From Gammaproteobacteria bacterium (lineage in GTDB: Bacteria > Pseudomonadota > Gammaproteobacteria > Eutrophobiales > Eutrophobiaceae), in assembly GCA_965243205.1 (NCBI GenBank), contig CBDEUK010000002.1, positions 1,024,001 through 1,088,000 of the forward strand: a stretch of DNA of 64,000 nt. Direction: 5' to 3'. Made by a program: the position numbers and the translations under genes. The first letter of the stretch is position 1. Every line of letters begins with the position of its first letter. Under the pieces are notes generated by a model, which did not search any database, was not told the DNA's origin, and was given only the letters and a program-made list of their open reading frames with translations. Of the stretch, positions 36,316 through 46,555 are shown in pieces.

Positions 36316-37527
36316 ATGCTGAACTCGGTAACAGACTGGCTGGAAGACGTCTCAGGCAATGACTTCATCTGGTATGTGAAACGGCTTTCGGGCAATGACA
36401 CACTTGCAAACGGATCACATCAGGCAGGACCTTATTTACCAAACTCAGTTTTTTTTGAAATCTTTCCAAGTACTGATGGAATGACCCAAGAAAATCAAAA
36501 GCGCGAACTAGAATGTTACACGGATTCGCATGGAGATTACGCTAAGATCTGCGGCACTTGGTATAATAATAAATTCAGGGAAGGCACCCGAAACGAAACC
36601 CGTCTCACTGGATTTGGTGGGCAAGACTCAGCCATTCTTGATCCGGAAAGCACTGGAGCACTTACTGTCTTTGCCTTTAGAAAAGATAATAGAAATGATG
36701 CGTATGAGTGTCATGTCTGGGTTAGCAGACATGAAACAGAAGAAGATGTTATTGAAGACAGGATTGGGCCAGTTGAACCCAGTGAATGGAGGCTATGGCG
36801 ACCGGAATTTTCAACAGGAACCGGGCCGGAACGCACTAACCCCTGCTGGCTGGCTAATGAAGACATACCAAATGGCTGGCTTGAAACCTTCCCATCAGGA
36901 GCAGATATCATCAAAAAAACTCTGGAGTTAAGGCCAATCGGTGAGACTGATCCTGACACGCGCCTCATTAAAAGACGCCAATGTGAATATGATATTTTTA
37001 GAAGCCTTGAGGAAGCTGTTGAATTGCCGGTTATTCTCAAAGGCTTTAATTCTTTGGATGATTTTGTAGGTAAAGCCCAATCCATTCTTCAACGCCGTAA
37101 ATCACGTTCAGGTAGATCATTGGAACTTCATGCAAAAGAAATCTTTCTTGAGGAAAACTTTGAAGCTGACGTTGATTTTTCTCATCAACCTGTAACGGAA
37201 CAAAATAAAAAGCCGGATTTTTTATTTCCCTCTTTCAAGCATTATCATGACAGCTCTTTTCCAGAAGAAAATTTGAGAATGCTGGCCGTCAAAACCTCAT
37301 GCAAAGACAGATGGAGGCAAATACTCAATGAAGCTGACAGAATAAAAACCAAACATTTATTGACCCTGCAGGAAGGGATCTCGGAAAATCAATTTGAAGA
37401 AATGAAAAAACAAAATGTCCAGCTTGTAGTCCCGGAACCTATTATCAGTAAATATCCCGGCAGCGTACAGCCCCACATTCAAACATTTGAAAGCTTTATA
37501 GGCGATATACGGTTATTAAAAATATAG
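36316..37527 (+). CDS. EcoRII-like type II restriction endonuclease
   Basis: N-terminal KRLSGNDT..SHQAGPY effector domain; RRKSRSGRSLE, KPDFLFP, KTSCKDRWRQILNEADRI. Confidence 0.93.
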   Translation: MLNSVTDWLEDVSGNDFIWYVKRLSGNDTLANGSHQAGPYLPNSVFFEIFPSTDGMTQENQKRELECYTDSHGDYAKICGTWYNNKFREGTRNETRLTGFGGQDSAILDPESTGALTVFAFRKDNRNDAYECHVWVSRHETEEDVIEDRIGPVEPSEWRLWRPEFSTGTGPERTNPCWLANEDIPNGWLETFPSGADIIKKTLELRPIGETDPDTRLIKRRQCEYDIFRSLEEAVELPVILKGFNSLDDFVGKAQSILQRRKSRSGRSLELHAKEIFLEENFEADVDFSHQPVTEQNKKPDFLFPSFKHYHDSSFPEENLRMLAVKTSCKDRWRQILNEADRIKTKHLLTLQEGISENQFEEMKKQNVQLVVPEPIISKYPGSVQPHIQTFESFIGDIRLLKI

Positions 37528-37748
37528 AAATCTGTGCTTGGGTGGGTGGTGCGGGCTCTTTCAGGCCCGCGCACCAGAATTAGGATACTACCAGAACAGC
37601 GACTGCTGCCAGCCATAGAAATTCAAGATTCAAGAACACCCACTATACACAGGATTATTTATAAATCCACTAATGAATATCATTAAAAATATAAACAAGG
37701 ATAACAAACTAATATAGTGATTGTACGGCAAAAGGACTATTTTTTTGC

Positions 37749-37775
37749 AAAAAAACCGGTGACTCTCATCACCGG
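37749..37775 (-). terminator. Intrinsic terminator of the serine-cycle operon
   Basis: CCGGTGA/TCACCGG stem followed by T7 on the minus strand. Confidence 0.8.
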
Positions 37776-37804
37776 CTTATTTATTTTCTAAGTATTTGAA
37801 AGAC

Positions 37805-39178
37805 TTATCTTCCGTATACATCAATCCCTGGAAGCGGACGGTGATACTTAACAACATTAGAATAAGCTTCCGTCGCAGCAGCAATACCTTTTGCAGCATC
37901 AACTGGAATGCCTGCTTCTTCACATGATAGTAAGAAAGCAATCGATGCTTGTAATGCGTGTTGTGGTTGAATACCACCTGTTGCACATAAACGCCAACCT
38001 AAGTCAGGTGCGCCTGGGATACCCGCTGCTTCTACCGCGTGTTTGTTGAACATGATTCTTAACACATGGAAGATTTCTTTTTCGCCAAAACCTTCTGGTG
38101 CTTTAACGGCGGTTACTGCGTTTGAACGAGTATGCTCATCTTTAGCCACTAGCTCTAAACCTGCGCCGAATACTGCCGCACGGAAAACCTCAGAACATTC
38201 TTTATGACGTTCACAAACACGATCAATACCTTCAATCGCAAGTAAGTCTAACGCTGCTGCGAATTGCGCGTAGTTTCCTGGTGTTTCAAGGTGAAGACCT
38301 GTGCTGTCCATTGCATCTATCATTTTGGTTAGATGTAAATAGTGTTGGCCTTTTTTGATGCCTGCATCCGCTAAGGCTTTGTCGGCTTCGTAAATTCTTT
38401 CGACCGCTTTCGGGCTTAGAGTTAACATGCCGATACCTGGGGTACCCATGATACCTTTTTGGCTACAACCAACTAACATATCGATGCCCATATCGGTCAT
38501 GTCCGCTGGCATACTGCCGATAGCTGAAATACCGTCGATCATAAGTAGTGCTGGGTGATTAAGATCATCCAACATTTTGCGGATTTTCTTAGGATCGGTT
38601 GTTACGCCTGCGCCTGTTTCGTTCAGTGGCGCCATGACTAATTGGATTTTATGCTCGGTATCTTTTTCAAGTACTTCGCGACATCTATCCAATGGTAAGT
38701 CGTCACCGATTTCGCCTTTTAAACGAACCACGTTTCTGCCCATGTTTTCAACACAGATACCCATCCAGGTACTGAACGCACCAATTTCCATGGTAACAAC
38801 GGCTGTGTCATCAGAATTAATTTCTTCAGGGAAACGACAAGAACCTGCAACGGCTTCTGTACCAGTAGTACCAGAACCTGTGAAGAACAATGAACGACCG
38901 CCTTCTTGCATGCCAACCATCTTGCCGTAGTCTGCACGTACTGCTGTAAAGAATTCAGCAACGCCTGGGCCACGCATACCGCGTGTTTGTTGAGATGAAA
39001 ATTGTGTGACCAATTCCGATCCAAACGCAGGGCCTGGAGTTACGTTGATGATTTTGTTATGTGGTGACCAGACAGGATCCTTATCTTTAAGGAAATCATC
39101 AGGTGCTTCAATCTGATCTGATTCAATAAGATGTCTAAGTCCGGAAATTGGCGAGATAAATTCATTCGACATTTTCAT
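37805..39178 (-). CDS. Class V PLP aminotransferase (serine/alanine-glyoxylate aminotransferase-like)
   Basis: TPGP, TGSGT, NETGAGV, IDGISAIG, SQKG (PLP Lys); context in the serine-cycle cluster. Confidence 0.8.
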   Translation of the reverse strand: MKMSNEFISPISGLRHLIESDQIEAPDDFLKDKDPVWSPHNKIINVTPGPAFGSELVTQFSSQQTRGMRGPGVAEFFTAVRADYGKMVGMQEGGRSLFFTGSGTTGTEAVAGSCRFPEEINSDDTAVVTMEIGAFSTWMGICVENMGRNVVRLKGEIGDDLPLDRCREVLEKDTEHKIQLVMAPLNETGAGVTTDPKKIRKMLDDLNHPALLMIDGISAIGSMPADMTDMGIDMLVGCSQKGIMGTPGIGMLTLSPKAVERIYEADKALADAGIKKGQHYLHLTKMIDAMDSTGLHLETPGNYAQFAAALDLLAIEGIDRVCERHKECSEVFRAAVFGAGLELVAKDEHTRSNAVTAVKAPEGFGEKEIFHVLRIMFNKHAVEAAGIPGAPDLGWRLCATGGIQPQHALQASIAFLLSCEEAGIPVDAAKGIAAATEAYSNVVKYHRPLPGIDVYGR

Positions 39179-39230
39179 TTGCTCCTAAGTTTCTATAGTT
39201 TCTAGTTCTTTATAATAATTAATAATCTGC

Positions 39231-41975
39231 TTAGCCTGTCCAACCTAGGCCCGATGAAACACAGTTGATCGAAAGCAGCAGCGATATTAATTCTTTCTTC
39301 GCTTGCTCTGGATCGTCACATTCTCTGTATTTCTTAACTAATTTAACTTGTTTTAAACCAACCCGTTTTAAAATTGGCGCACGTCGTTCTAGCTTGCGTT
39401 TGAAGCGAGCAAAACGTGTACCTAATTCTTTTTCGCCCGTAATTTTCAAAATGGCAGCTTTGGTTTTTTCATACTCTTCTTCGATCATTGAAAAAACGCG
39501 ATTACGTAAATCGACATCTTCAACCAATTCTGAATACGCTTTCGATACTTCCATATCGGTTAAGCAGATGGTTTTTTCTAATTCATCAATTACTAATTTG
39601 AAGATGCGTGAATGTTCAAACATTTCTTTCAGCAATTCTTCACCGCGTTCGCCACGTACTTTGATGAATTGTTCTATCGCAGAACCGACGCCAAACCAAC
39701 CTGTCACCATATGACGATTTTGTGTCCAAGCAAATACCCAAGGGATTGCTCGTAAGTCATTCAATGATTTTGCACCGAAACGACGGGCAGGACGTGAACC
39801 GATGTTCATCTTAGCCAGTTCTTCTACTGGGCTCGCTGCGTTGTAGTAATCAATTAAATTTTCAGTTTCGAATAAACGACGATACTCAACAAACGCCATT
39901 GATGATAACGCTTCTAAGGCTTCATCAAATTCGGCTTTGCTTTGCGATTCTTTTTCATTCATTTCAGTTAATGAATGTTGGAATACACTCGCCGCCAATA
40001 ATTCCATTTCAAATTCAGCCGTTCCTTGGTTAGCAAATTTGCTAGAGACCACTTCACCTTGTTCGGTGATACGCATTTTACCTTTTATCGAACCGACTGG
40101 TTGTGCCGCAATCGCATAACCTGTTGGTGCACCACCACGCGAAACTGAACCACCGCGCCCATGGAAAAAGGTCAATTGTATACCAGCTTCTTCGCCCGTT
40201 TTGGTTAAGTTACTTTGTGCCTTGGTCAATTCCCAATTCGATGTGAAGAAACCACCATCTTTATTCGAATCGGAATAACCGATCATGACTTCTTGTGAAC
40301 CACCTTCACCTTGGTCCTTAATAGAACGTTTGATCAATGGTGTGTTTAATAACTCTTTCATAATGCCTGGAGCATTACGTAAGTCATCAATGGTTTCGAA
40401 TAGAGGAACAATTGGAATACGACAGAAATCGATACTTTGTTCATCACCAAACAAACCACCGTATTTCGCTAATAAGTAAACGCCTAAAATATCATTCACT
40501 GATTGCGTCATACTTAAGATGATATGGCCAAAGGCTTCGTCATCTAATTCATTCCAACAATCTCTTACCATACGAAACATACCAAAGGTAGAAACGGAAC
40601 GTTCATCTAAGGTGGTAAATTCTGGAAGGACTTTTAATGGTCGTGCTAATTCATCACGTAACCATTGACCCCACTCTTCCGATTCTAAAGAAGGTGCTTC
40701 TTTACCACCGTTAAGCGCTGACCAAATTTCTTGTAAGGTGTGATTAACAGTTTGACTGTTTTCACGTAAGTCTAATCGGACTGTGCAGAAACGGAACGCT
40801 TGTGCTTCACGACGTAATGGTTTCACCATCGCTTTAGCAAGATGTTCGCACTTCGCATCGAATAAAGTACATTCCATTAATCGCAAGTCACTAATAAATT
40901 CTTCGACTGAGTTGTATTTGTTTTCTGTTTCTTCTTCAGTCGCTTCGATCTTCGTTAATAAACATGTTGCATACTGACGGAAGATCTCACCAGGATTTCG
41001 TTTCTTTAAGAAATCATCTTCATATAAGGTTTCAGCTAATTCTGTTAAACGTTGAACAAAGTCTTCGTTTACATCAATGGTGTATTTAGAAACACTTAAA
41101 TTATCAATGATGTTCTTTAAACGTTTTTTATAATGCGCTAATGAAGCGTTACGATTACTTTTTAAAGTATTGTAGGTAACTTCATTGGTTACAAACGGAT
41201 TACCATCACGGTCACCACCAATCCAACAACCAAAACGATAGAATGGTTTGTAATCAAAATCATTCTCAGGATAGTTATGACTGATAGCCGATTCTAAATT
41301 ACCAATAAGATCAGAAACACGTTCAAATAAGGTTTGCTCGAAGAAATGTAAACCCCAAGCCACTTCCATATCCACAGAAGGTTTTTCTAAACGTAGTTCA
41401 CCCGTTAACCATAACAAGTCGATTTCATTACGTAATTGTTCTTTAAACTCATCACGCTCACGATCTGTCCAACGTGGGCTTTCGAGTAAATACAACAACA
41501 CATAAATGCGTCGATGAATTTCTAAAACGGTAACACGTTTTGCTTCTGTTGGATGTGCAGTAATGGTTGGACGAATGTGTGCGTTATCCAATAACTCTTG
41601 GATATTTTCTTTAGTAACGCCACGTTCTTTCGCATCGTGAAACACTTTATGAAAAGTGCCAGGTACGTATTCCATACCCAGTTTCTTTTCTGTTTGACGA
41701 CGTCGACGCATCGCCGTGTTTTCTTCAGCGATGTTTAATAAATGAAAATAAATACTCCAGGCTTGAAGTGTATTTTCTAATGCATCGTCATCATCATCAG
41801 GGATCAGCTTTTCGCCACTGTAATACGGCTCGATTTCAGGTTTACGTAAATCGACAATCGATGTTAATTGCGATTCAAGTAATTTAACTAAATCTTTCGC
41901 ATAAGCTGCAGCTGCGATATCGATATCATCTTGAGCGCTCAGCTGTTCTGGAGACTCTACTGCTTTTGTATTCAT
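39231..41975 (-). CDS. ppc: Phosphoenolpyruvate carboxylase
   Basis: TAHPTE, WIGGDRDGNP, VPLFETI, QEVMIGYSDSNKDGG, FHGRGGSVSRGG, LRAIPWVFAWTQ. Confidence 0.96.
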   Translation of the reverse strand: MNTKAVESPEQLSAQDDIDIAAAAYAKDLVKLLESQLTSIVDLRKPEIEPYYSGEKLIPDDDDDALENTLQAWSIYFHLLNIAEENTAMRRRRQTEKKLGMEYVPGTFHKVFHDAKERGVTKENIQELLDNAHIRPTITAHPTEAKRVTVLEIHRRIYVLLYLLESPRWTDRERDEFKEQLRNEIDLLWLTGELRLEKPSVDMEVAWGLHFFEQTLFERVSDLIGNLESAISHNYPENDFDYKPFYRFGCWIGGDRDGNPFVTNEVTYNTLKSNRNASLAHYKKRLKNIIDNLSVSKYTIDVNEDFVQRLTELAETLYEDDFLKKRNPGEIFRQYATCLLTKIEATEEETENKYNSVEEFISDLRLMECTLFDAKCEHLAKAMVKPLRREAQAFRFCTVRLDLRENSQTVNHTLQEIWSALNGGKEAPSLESEEWGQWLRDELARPLKVLPEFTTLDERSVSTFGMFRMVRDCWNELDDEAFGHIILSMTQSVNDILGVYLLAKYGGLFGDEQSIDFCRIPIVPLFETIDDLRNAPGIMKELLNTPLIKRSIKDQGEGGSQEVMIGYSDSNKDGGFFTSNWELTKAQSNLTKTGEEAGIQLTFFHGRGGSVSRGGAPTGYAIAAQPVGSIKGKMRITEQGEVVSSKFANQGTAEFEMELLAASVFQHSLTEMNEKESQSKAEFDEALEALSSMAFVEYRRLFETENLIDYYNAASPVEELAKMNIGSRPARRFGAKSLNDLRAIPWVFAWTQNRHMVTGWFGVGSAIEQFIKVRGERGEELLKEMFEHSRIFKLVIDELEKTICLTDMEVSKAYSELVEDVDLRNRVFSMIEEEYEKTKAAILKITGEKELGTRFARFKRKLERRAPILKRVGLKQVKLVKKYRECDDPEQAKKELISLLLSINCVSSGLGWTG

Positions 41976-42946
41976 GCCACACGATCACGCGGTTCTTTGC
42001 CAGCAAAAAAAGCTTCTGCATTTTCAAGAGAACGTAAGCCCATCGCTACGCGAGTTTCAGTGGTCGCACTACCTAAGTGAGGTAACATAACAACGTTATC
42101 CATGCTTAATAATGCTTCGGTGACAGTAGGTTCTTTTTCGAACACATCCAAACCAGCGCCAGCAATCACATTGTTTTGTAATGCTTCTACTAACGCAGCT
42201 TCGTCAACTACATCACCACGTGCAGTATTGATTAAGAACGCTGATGATTTCATTTGTGCGAAACGTTCTGCATTCATTAGTTTGGTATTCGCACCACCGC
42301 CTGGACAATGTAATGTTACATAATCAGAATCTTTTAACACTTCTTCAATGGTGTCGTATTTTGTCGCTGAATATTTATCTACGACTTCTTGTTTTGGTGG
42401 ATACGGATCATAAAAACTGATCGACATACCAAAACCGAAATGCGCTTTGGTTGCAACCGCTTGTGCGATACGACCAAAACCAATAAAACCTAATTTTTTA
42501 CCAGTCGGTTTTCTTGCTAAGAAATGTGTTGGACACCAACCATCCCATTCTTTATTTCGAATTAAACGTTCACCTTCCGCTGCGCGACGTGACACCATTA
42601 ATAATAATGTCATTGCGATATCCGCAGTACAGTCGGTTAACACTTCAGGAGTATTTGTAACGACAACACCTGCAGCCTTGGCAGCTTCTGTATCAATATT
42701 GTTGAAACCAACACCGTAGTTATTTAAGACCTTACAACGACGGCCTTCGACACTTAAGATTTCTTCATTGATTTGGAAATCAGAAACGGTTGGACAAACG
42801 CCATCGTAGTCTTTCATGGCTTGTTTGAGTTCCTCGACAGACATCTTATGATCGTCTTCATTCAAGGTGACATCAAATAGTTCTTTTGCTTTAGCCTCAG
42901 CCTCTTCTGGCCAACGACGGGTTAATAATACTTTAGGTTTGCTCAC
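41972..42946 (-). CDS. D-glycerate dehydrogenase / hydroxypyruvate-glyoxylate reductase
   Basis: GVGFNNID, TNTPEVL, GFGRIA, NTARG, GLDVFEKEP, PHLGSAT. Confidence 0.9.
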   Translation of the reverse strand: MSKPKVLLTRRWPEEAEAKAKELFDVTLNEDDHKMSVEELKQAMKDYDGVCPTVSDFQINEEILSVEGRRCKVLNNYGVGFNNIDTEAAKAAGVVVTNTPEVLTDCTADIAMTLLLMVSRRAAEGERLIRNKEWDGWCPTHFLARKPTGKKLGFIGFGRIAQAVATKAHFGFGMSISFYDPYPPKQEVVDKYSATKYDTIEEVLKDSDYVTLHCPGGGANTKLMNAERFAQMKSSAFLINTARGDVVDEAALVEALQNNVIAGAGLDVFEKEPTVTEALLSMDNVVMLPHLGSATTETRVAMGLRSLENAEAFFAGKEPRDRVA

Positions 42947-42985
42947 GTTATACTCCTTATTCAGGATTGTTCTTTTATTTAGTAA

Positions 42986-43020
42986 TGTCTCGATGTTAGA
43001 GAAATTCTAACATCGAGACA
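42986..43020. other. Perfect 15-bp intercistronic hairpin
   Basis: TGTCTCGATGTTAGA-GAAAT-TCTAACATCGAGACA between mtkB and the hpr-like gene; no U-tract. Confidence 0.75.
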
Positions 43021-43032
43021 GTGACGAAATAA

Positions 43033-43920
43033 TTACACTTTCGCCATAACTTCTTTGGCTATATCACCGAAAGAAGATGGGTTAGGTACCACATGGACAC
43101 CACATTCTTTTAAGATTTCTACTTTTTCAGCAGCACTCTCACCGAATGCAGAGATAATCGCACCCGCGTGGCCCATACGACGACCTTTCGGTGCGGTTAA
43201 ACCAGCGATGTAACCCATGACTGGCTTGGTCATGTTTTCTTTAGCCCATTGCGCCGCTTCTGCTTCTTGTGGACCACCGATCTCACCAATTAATAATACC
43301 GCTTTGGTGTCAGGGTCTTGCTCGAAGTATTCGAAATGGTCACGGAAAGAAGAACCGTTGATTGGGTCACCACCAATACCAACAGAGGTACTGATACCGA
43401 TACCTTCAGATTTCATTTGTGAAGCCGCTTCGTAACCTAGAGTTCCAGAACGACCAACCACACCCACATCACCTTTCATATAAATGTGATCTGGCATGAT
43501 GCCCATCATGCCCACTCCTGGGCTAATGGTTCCCGCACAGTTAGGGCCGGTTAGAACCATTTTGTCTTCTTCTTTGTAACGACGCATGTAACGTTTAACA
43601 CGAATCATATCGTGTGCTGGAATACCGTCGGTGATCGCAACACAGAATTTAATGCCTGCGTCCGCCGCTTCCATAATACCGTCCGCTGCGTATGGAGGTG
43701 GAATGAAAACGATACTAGCGTTAGCACCCGTCTCTTCGACGGCTTCTTTTACTGTGTTGAAAACAGGGCGGTCTAAATGTTTTGTTCCGCCTTTACCTGG
43801 GGTAACACCACCCACTACATTGGTGTTGTATTTAATCATCTCTGAGGCGTGGAATGTACCGATCTGACCGGTAAAGCCCTGGACGATAACTTTGGTATCT
43901 TCTGTAATATGAATTGCCAT
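43033..43920 (-). CDS. mtkB: Malate-CoA ligase alpha subunit (SucD-like)
   Basis: GGVTPGKGG, GPNCAG, RSGTLGYE, RMGHAGA; adjacent to mcl and ppc. Confidence 0.88.
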   Translation of the reverse strand: MAIHITEDTKVIVQGFTGQIGTFHASEMIKYNTNVVGGVTPGKGGTKHLDRPVFNTVKEAVEETGANASIVFIPPPYAADGIMEAADAGIKFCVAITDGIPAHDMIRVKRYMRRYKEEDKMVLTGPNCAGTISPGVGMMGIMPDHIYMKGDVGVVGRSGTLGYEAASQMKSEGIGISTSVGIGGDPINGSSFRDHFEYFEQDPDTKAVLLIGEIGGPQEAEAAQWAKENMTKPVMGYIAGLTAPKGRRMGHAGAIISAFGESAAEKVEILKECGVHVVPNPSSFGDIAKEVMAKV

Positions 43921-43946
43921 GATTATATCCTCTTGTTTACCGTTGA

Positions 43947-45107
43947 TTATTTAATGGAAGCAACTGCTTTTTGTGCAGCTTCTTCTAAGGTTTCTGCCAT
44001 GATGATTGGAAGACCGCTTTCTTTTAAGATCTTCACACCTTCTTCGACATTGGTACCAGACAAACGACAAATCAAAGGAATTTTTAAATCAATCTTTTGT
44101 ACCGCTTGCACAACACCTTGTGCAACCCAGTCACATCGATTAATACCCGCAAAGATATTCACTAAGATGGCTTCAACATTGTCATCAGACAAAACTAAGT
44201 TGAATGCTTTCTCAGTTCTTTCAGGTGATGCACCACCACCAATATCTAAAAAGTTAGCAGGCTCACCACCAGCGTGTTTGATCATGTCCATGCTCGCCAT
44301 CGCTAGACCAGCACCGTTAATGATACAACCGATGTTGCCATCTAAACCGACATAACTTAAACCACGGTCAGCCGCACGCATTTCACGTGGGTCTTCTTGT
44401 GATTTATCACGTAGCTCAGAAATGTTTGAATGTCTGAACATAGCGTTGTCATCAAAACCCATCTTTGCATCTAACGCTAAGATACGACCGTCACCAGTAA
44501 CAACTAATGGATTGATTTCAACCATGGTTGCATCCAAATCACGGAATGCACGATAACAACCTAAGATAGTAGTCACCGCCTGGCTGATTAATGATTTATC
44601 CAAACCTAATTTGAAAGCAATCTCACGTGCTTCAAACGGTTGCATACCAACCGCAGGTTCAACCGCAAGACGGATAATTGAATCGGGTTTTTCAACCGCG
44701 ATTTCTTCAATCTCCATACCGCCTTCAGCAGATGCTACAACTGAGATACGTTCTTTCGCACGGTCTAAAACAAAACCTAAGTAGATTTCATTTTTAATAT
44801 CAGACGCTGCTTCAACGTATAAACGATGACAGACTTTACCTTGAGGACCGGTTTGATGGGTAACTAAGTTTTTACCTAGTAGTTCATCGGCCGCTGCCCA
44901 AATTTCATCGTCGGTTTTACAAAATTTAATGCCACCTGCTTTACCACGTGCGCCTGAGTGAATTTGAGCTTTAACAACCCAACCTTCACCACCGATTTCT
45001 TTCGCTCGGTAAACTGCTTGTTCAGGACTATAAGCTAGTCCGCCTGGTGCAATAGCCACACCGAAGTCGGACAAGATTTCTTTAGCTTGATATTCATGTA
45101 TATCCAT
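43947..45107 (-). CDS. mtkA: Malate-CoA ligase beta subunit (SucC-like)
   Basis: [47 protein letters not shown]. Confidence 0.9.
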   Translation of the reverse strand: MDIHEYQAKEILSDFGVAIAPGGLAYSPEQAVYRAKEIGGEGWVVKAQIHSGARGKAGGIKFCKTDDEIWAAADELLGKNLVTHQTGPQGKVCHRLYVEAASDIKNEIYLGFVLDRAKERISVVASAEGGMEIEEIAVEKPDSIIRLAVEPAVGMQPFEAREIAFKLGLDKSLISQAVTTILGCYRAFRDLDATMVEINPLVVTGDGRILALDAKMGFDDNAMFRHSNISELRDKSQEDPREMRAADRGLSYVGLDGNIGCIINGAGLAMASMDMIKHAGGEPANFLDIGGGASPERTEKAFNLVLSDDNVEAILVNIFAGINRCDWVAQGVVQAVQKIDLKIPLICRLSGTNVEEGVKILKESGLPIIMAETLEEAAQKAVASIK

Positions 45108-45149
45108 GACGTTATCCTCTAAATGTTTTTAATAATAGTTATGTTGTAA

Positions 45150-46100
45150 TTATGATTTAGCTGCAATTTGATCCGCTTGAGCAATTAAATTGCGAGCCAT
45201 TTTTTCAGACGCAATATCAATCATCTTGCCATCAAGTTGAGCTGCACCTGCGCCCGCCTTAGCGGCTTCGTCTAATGCTTCAAGTACACGACGAGCATGC
45301 TCAACCGATTTTGCTGGTGGAGACATAACTTCGTTCGCTAATGGAATTTGTTTAGGGTGAATAGCCCATTTACCATCGTAACCAAGAGCCGCAACACGAC
45401 GTGCAGCAGCTTTGTACGCTTCAGGATCACTGAAATCACCAAATGGGCCATCAATCGCGCGTAAACCAAATGCACGACAAGCTGTTAGCATTTGGACTTG
45501 AGAAGTGTGCCATTGATCATTAACCGCACCTTCACATACATAATCTGGGTTTAAGCCACCGATAATGGTGGTACGTGAACGCATACTTGCTGCGTAATCA
45601 CCCACACCAAAGTGGAATGCTTCAAGACGCTTACTTGATGTGGCAATAGACATAACATTAGCACCACCAAGCGCGGTTTCGATTAAACATTCAAAACCAA
45701 TTCTTTTCTCTAGACCCATCGCATCTTCAACTTGCGTGGTCAACATATCAACAGCGTAAACATCGGCAGGAGTACCGACTTTAGGAATCAAAAAGGTATC
45801 AAGTTTAGCGCCTGCTTTTTCGATGACATCAACAACATCACGATACATATAGTGTGTATCTAAGCCATTAATACGTACTGAAATTGTTTTACCGCTCCAA
45901 TCCAGATCATTGATTCCTTCAATCGCGTTTTTACGTGCTTGTTCTTTATCAGGTGGTGCTACAGCATCTTCTAAATCAAGAAAGACGTAATCGGCATCAC
46001 ACTTTGATGCTTTTTCAATCATCCCTGTGTCTGAAGCTGGGACTGCTAATTCACTACGCTGTAAGCGTGGAGTAGCAGGTTCGTATGTTGTAAAACTCAT
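45150..46100 (-). CDS. mcl: Malyl-CoA lyase
   Basis: RLQRSELAVP, FLDLEDAVAP, RINGLDTHYMYRDVVD, IDGPFGDFSD, GKWAIHP. Confidence 0.92.
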   Translation of the reverse strand: MSFTTYEPATPRLQRSELAVPASDTGMIEKASKCDADYVFLDLEDAVAPPDKEQARKNAIEGINDLDWSGKTISVRINGLDTHYMYRDVVDVIEKAGAKLDTFLIPKVGTPADVYAVDMLTTQVEDAMGLEKRIGFECLIETALGGANVMSIATSSKRLEAFHFGVGDYAASMRSRTTIIGGLNPDYVCEGAVNDQWHTSQVQMLTACRAFGLRAIDGPFGDFSDPEAYKAAARRVAALGYDGKWAIHPKQIPLANEVMSPPAKSVEHARRVLEALDEAAKAGAGAAQLDGKMIDIASEKMARNLIAQADQIAAKS

Positions 46101-46456
46101 TGTTTTAAGTCTCCTAAGTTTTTAGGCATCACACATATACAACGCGCCTAGTAGTTTATTGTAATTTTTAAAATCTATTATTCAGTCGCACGTTTTCCCA
46201 CTTACTCAATATTCATGTTGTTTTGGATTCGCTGAGTGACGTTCGTAGTGCCTGGTACCAATAAGTATTTACGCCAGGGCGTAGTCAGCCTCCAAAATAA
46301 TGTTTATTTTTTGATTGAGATAAGGGAATGATACAGATTGTTGGTGATAGAAGAGCTAAGCCACTTCCGCAACCTTAGCCCTTTATCGGAATTCTTATCC
46401 TATATAGTCGCCAATATTTTGTGTTTCTTTTGGCTAGACTGTATATTTTATAATGC

Positions 46457-46477
46457 GGTGCACAATAAAAGTGCGCC
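46457..46477. promoter_or_regulatory. Palindrome resembling an NtrC-type enhancer site upstream of mcl
   Basis: GGTGCAC-AATAAAA-GTGCGCC (cf. TGCAC-N7-GTGCA); only a weak GG-N10-GC match downstream. Confidence 0.3.
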
Positions 46478-46555
46478 CTCTCAATGGCTTATTCTAATCA
46501 TAGAGCTTGCAGCAAAGCAAATAAATCTAGTGATTAAAGTTTGATCTCAATCAAT

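Noticed and set aside
37549-37577. GC-rich hairpin after the restriction gene resembling group II intron domain V
   Set aside because: No catalytic triad or other intron domains recognisable; more likely a terminator-like or stabilising hairpin
43033-45107. TCA-cycle sucCD annotation
   Set aside because: No sucAB neighbours; flanked by mcl and ppc, and the [11 protein letters not shown] motif fits malate thiokinase
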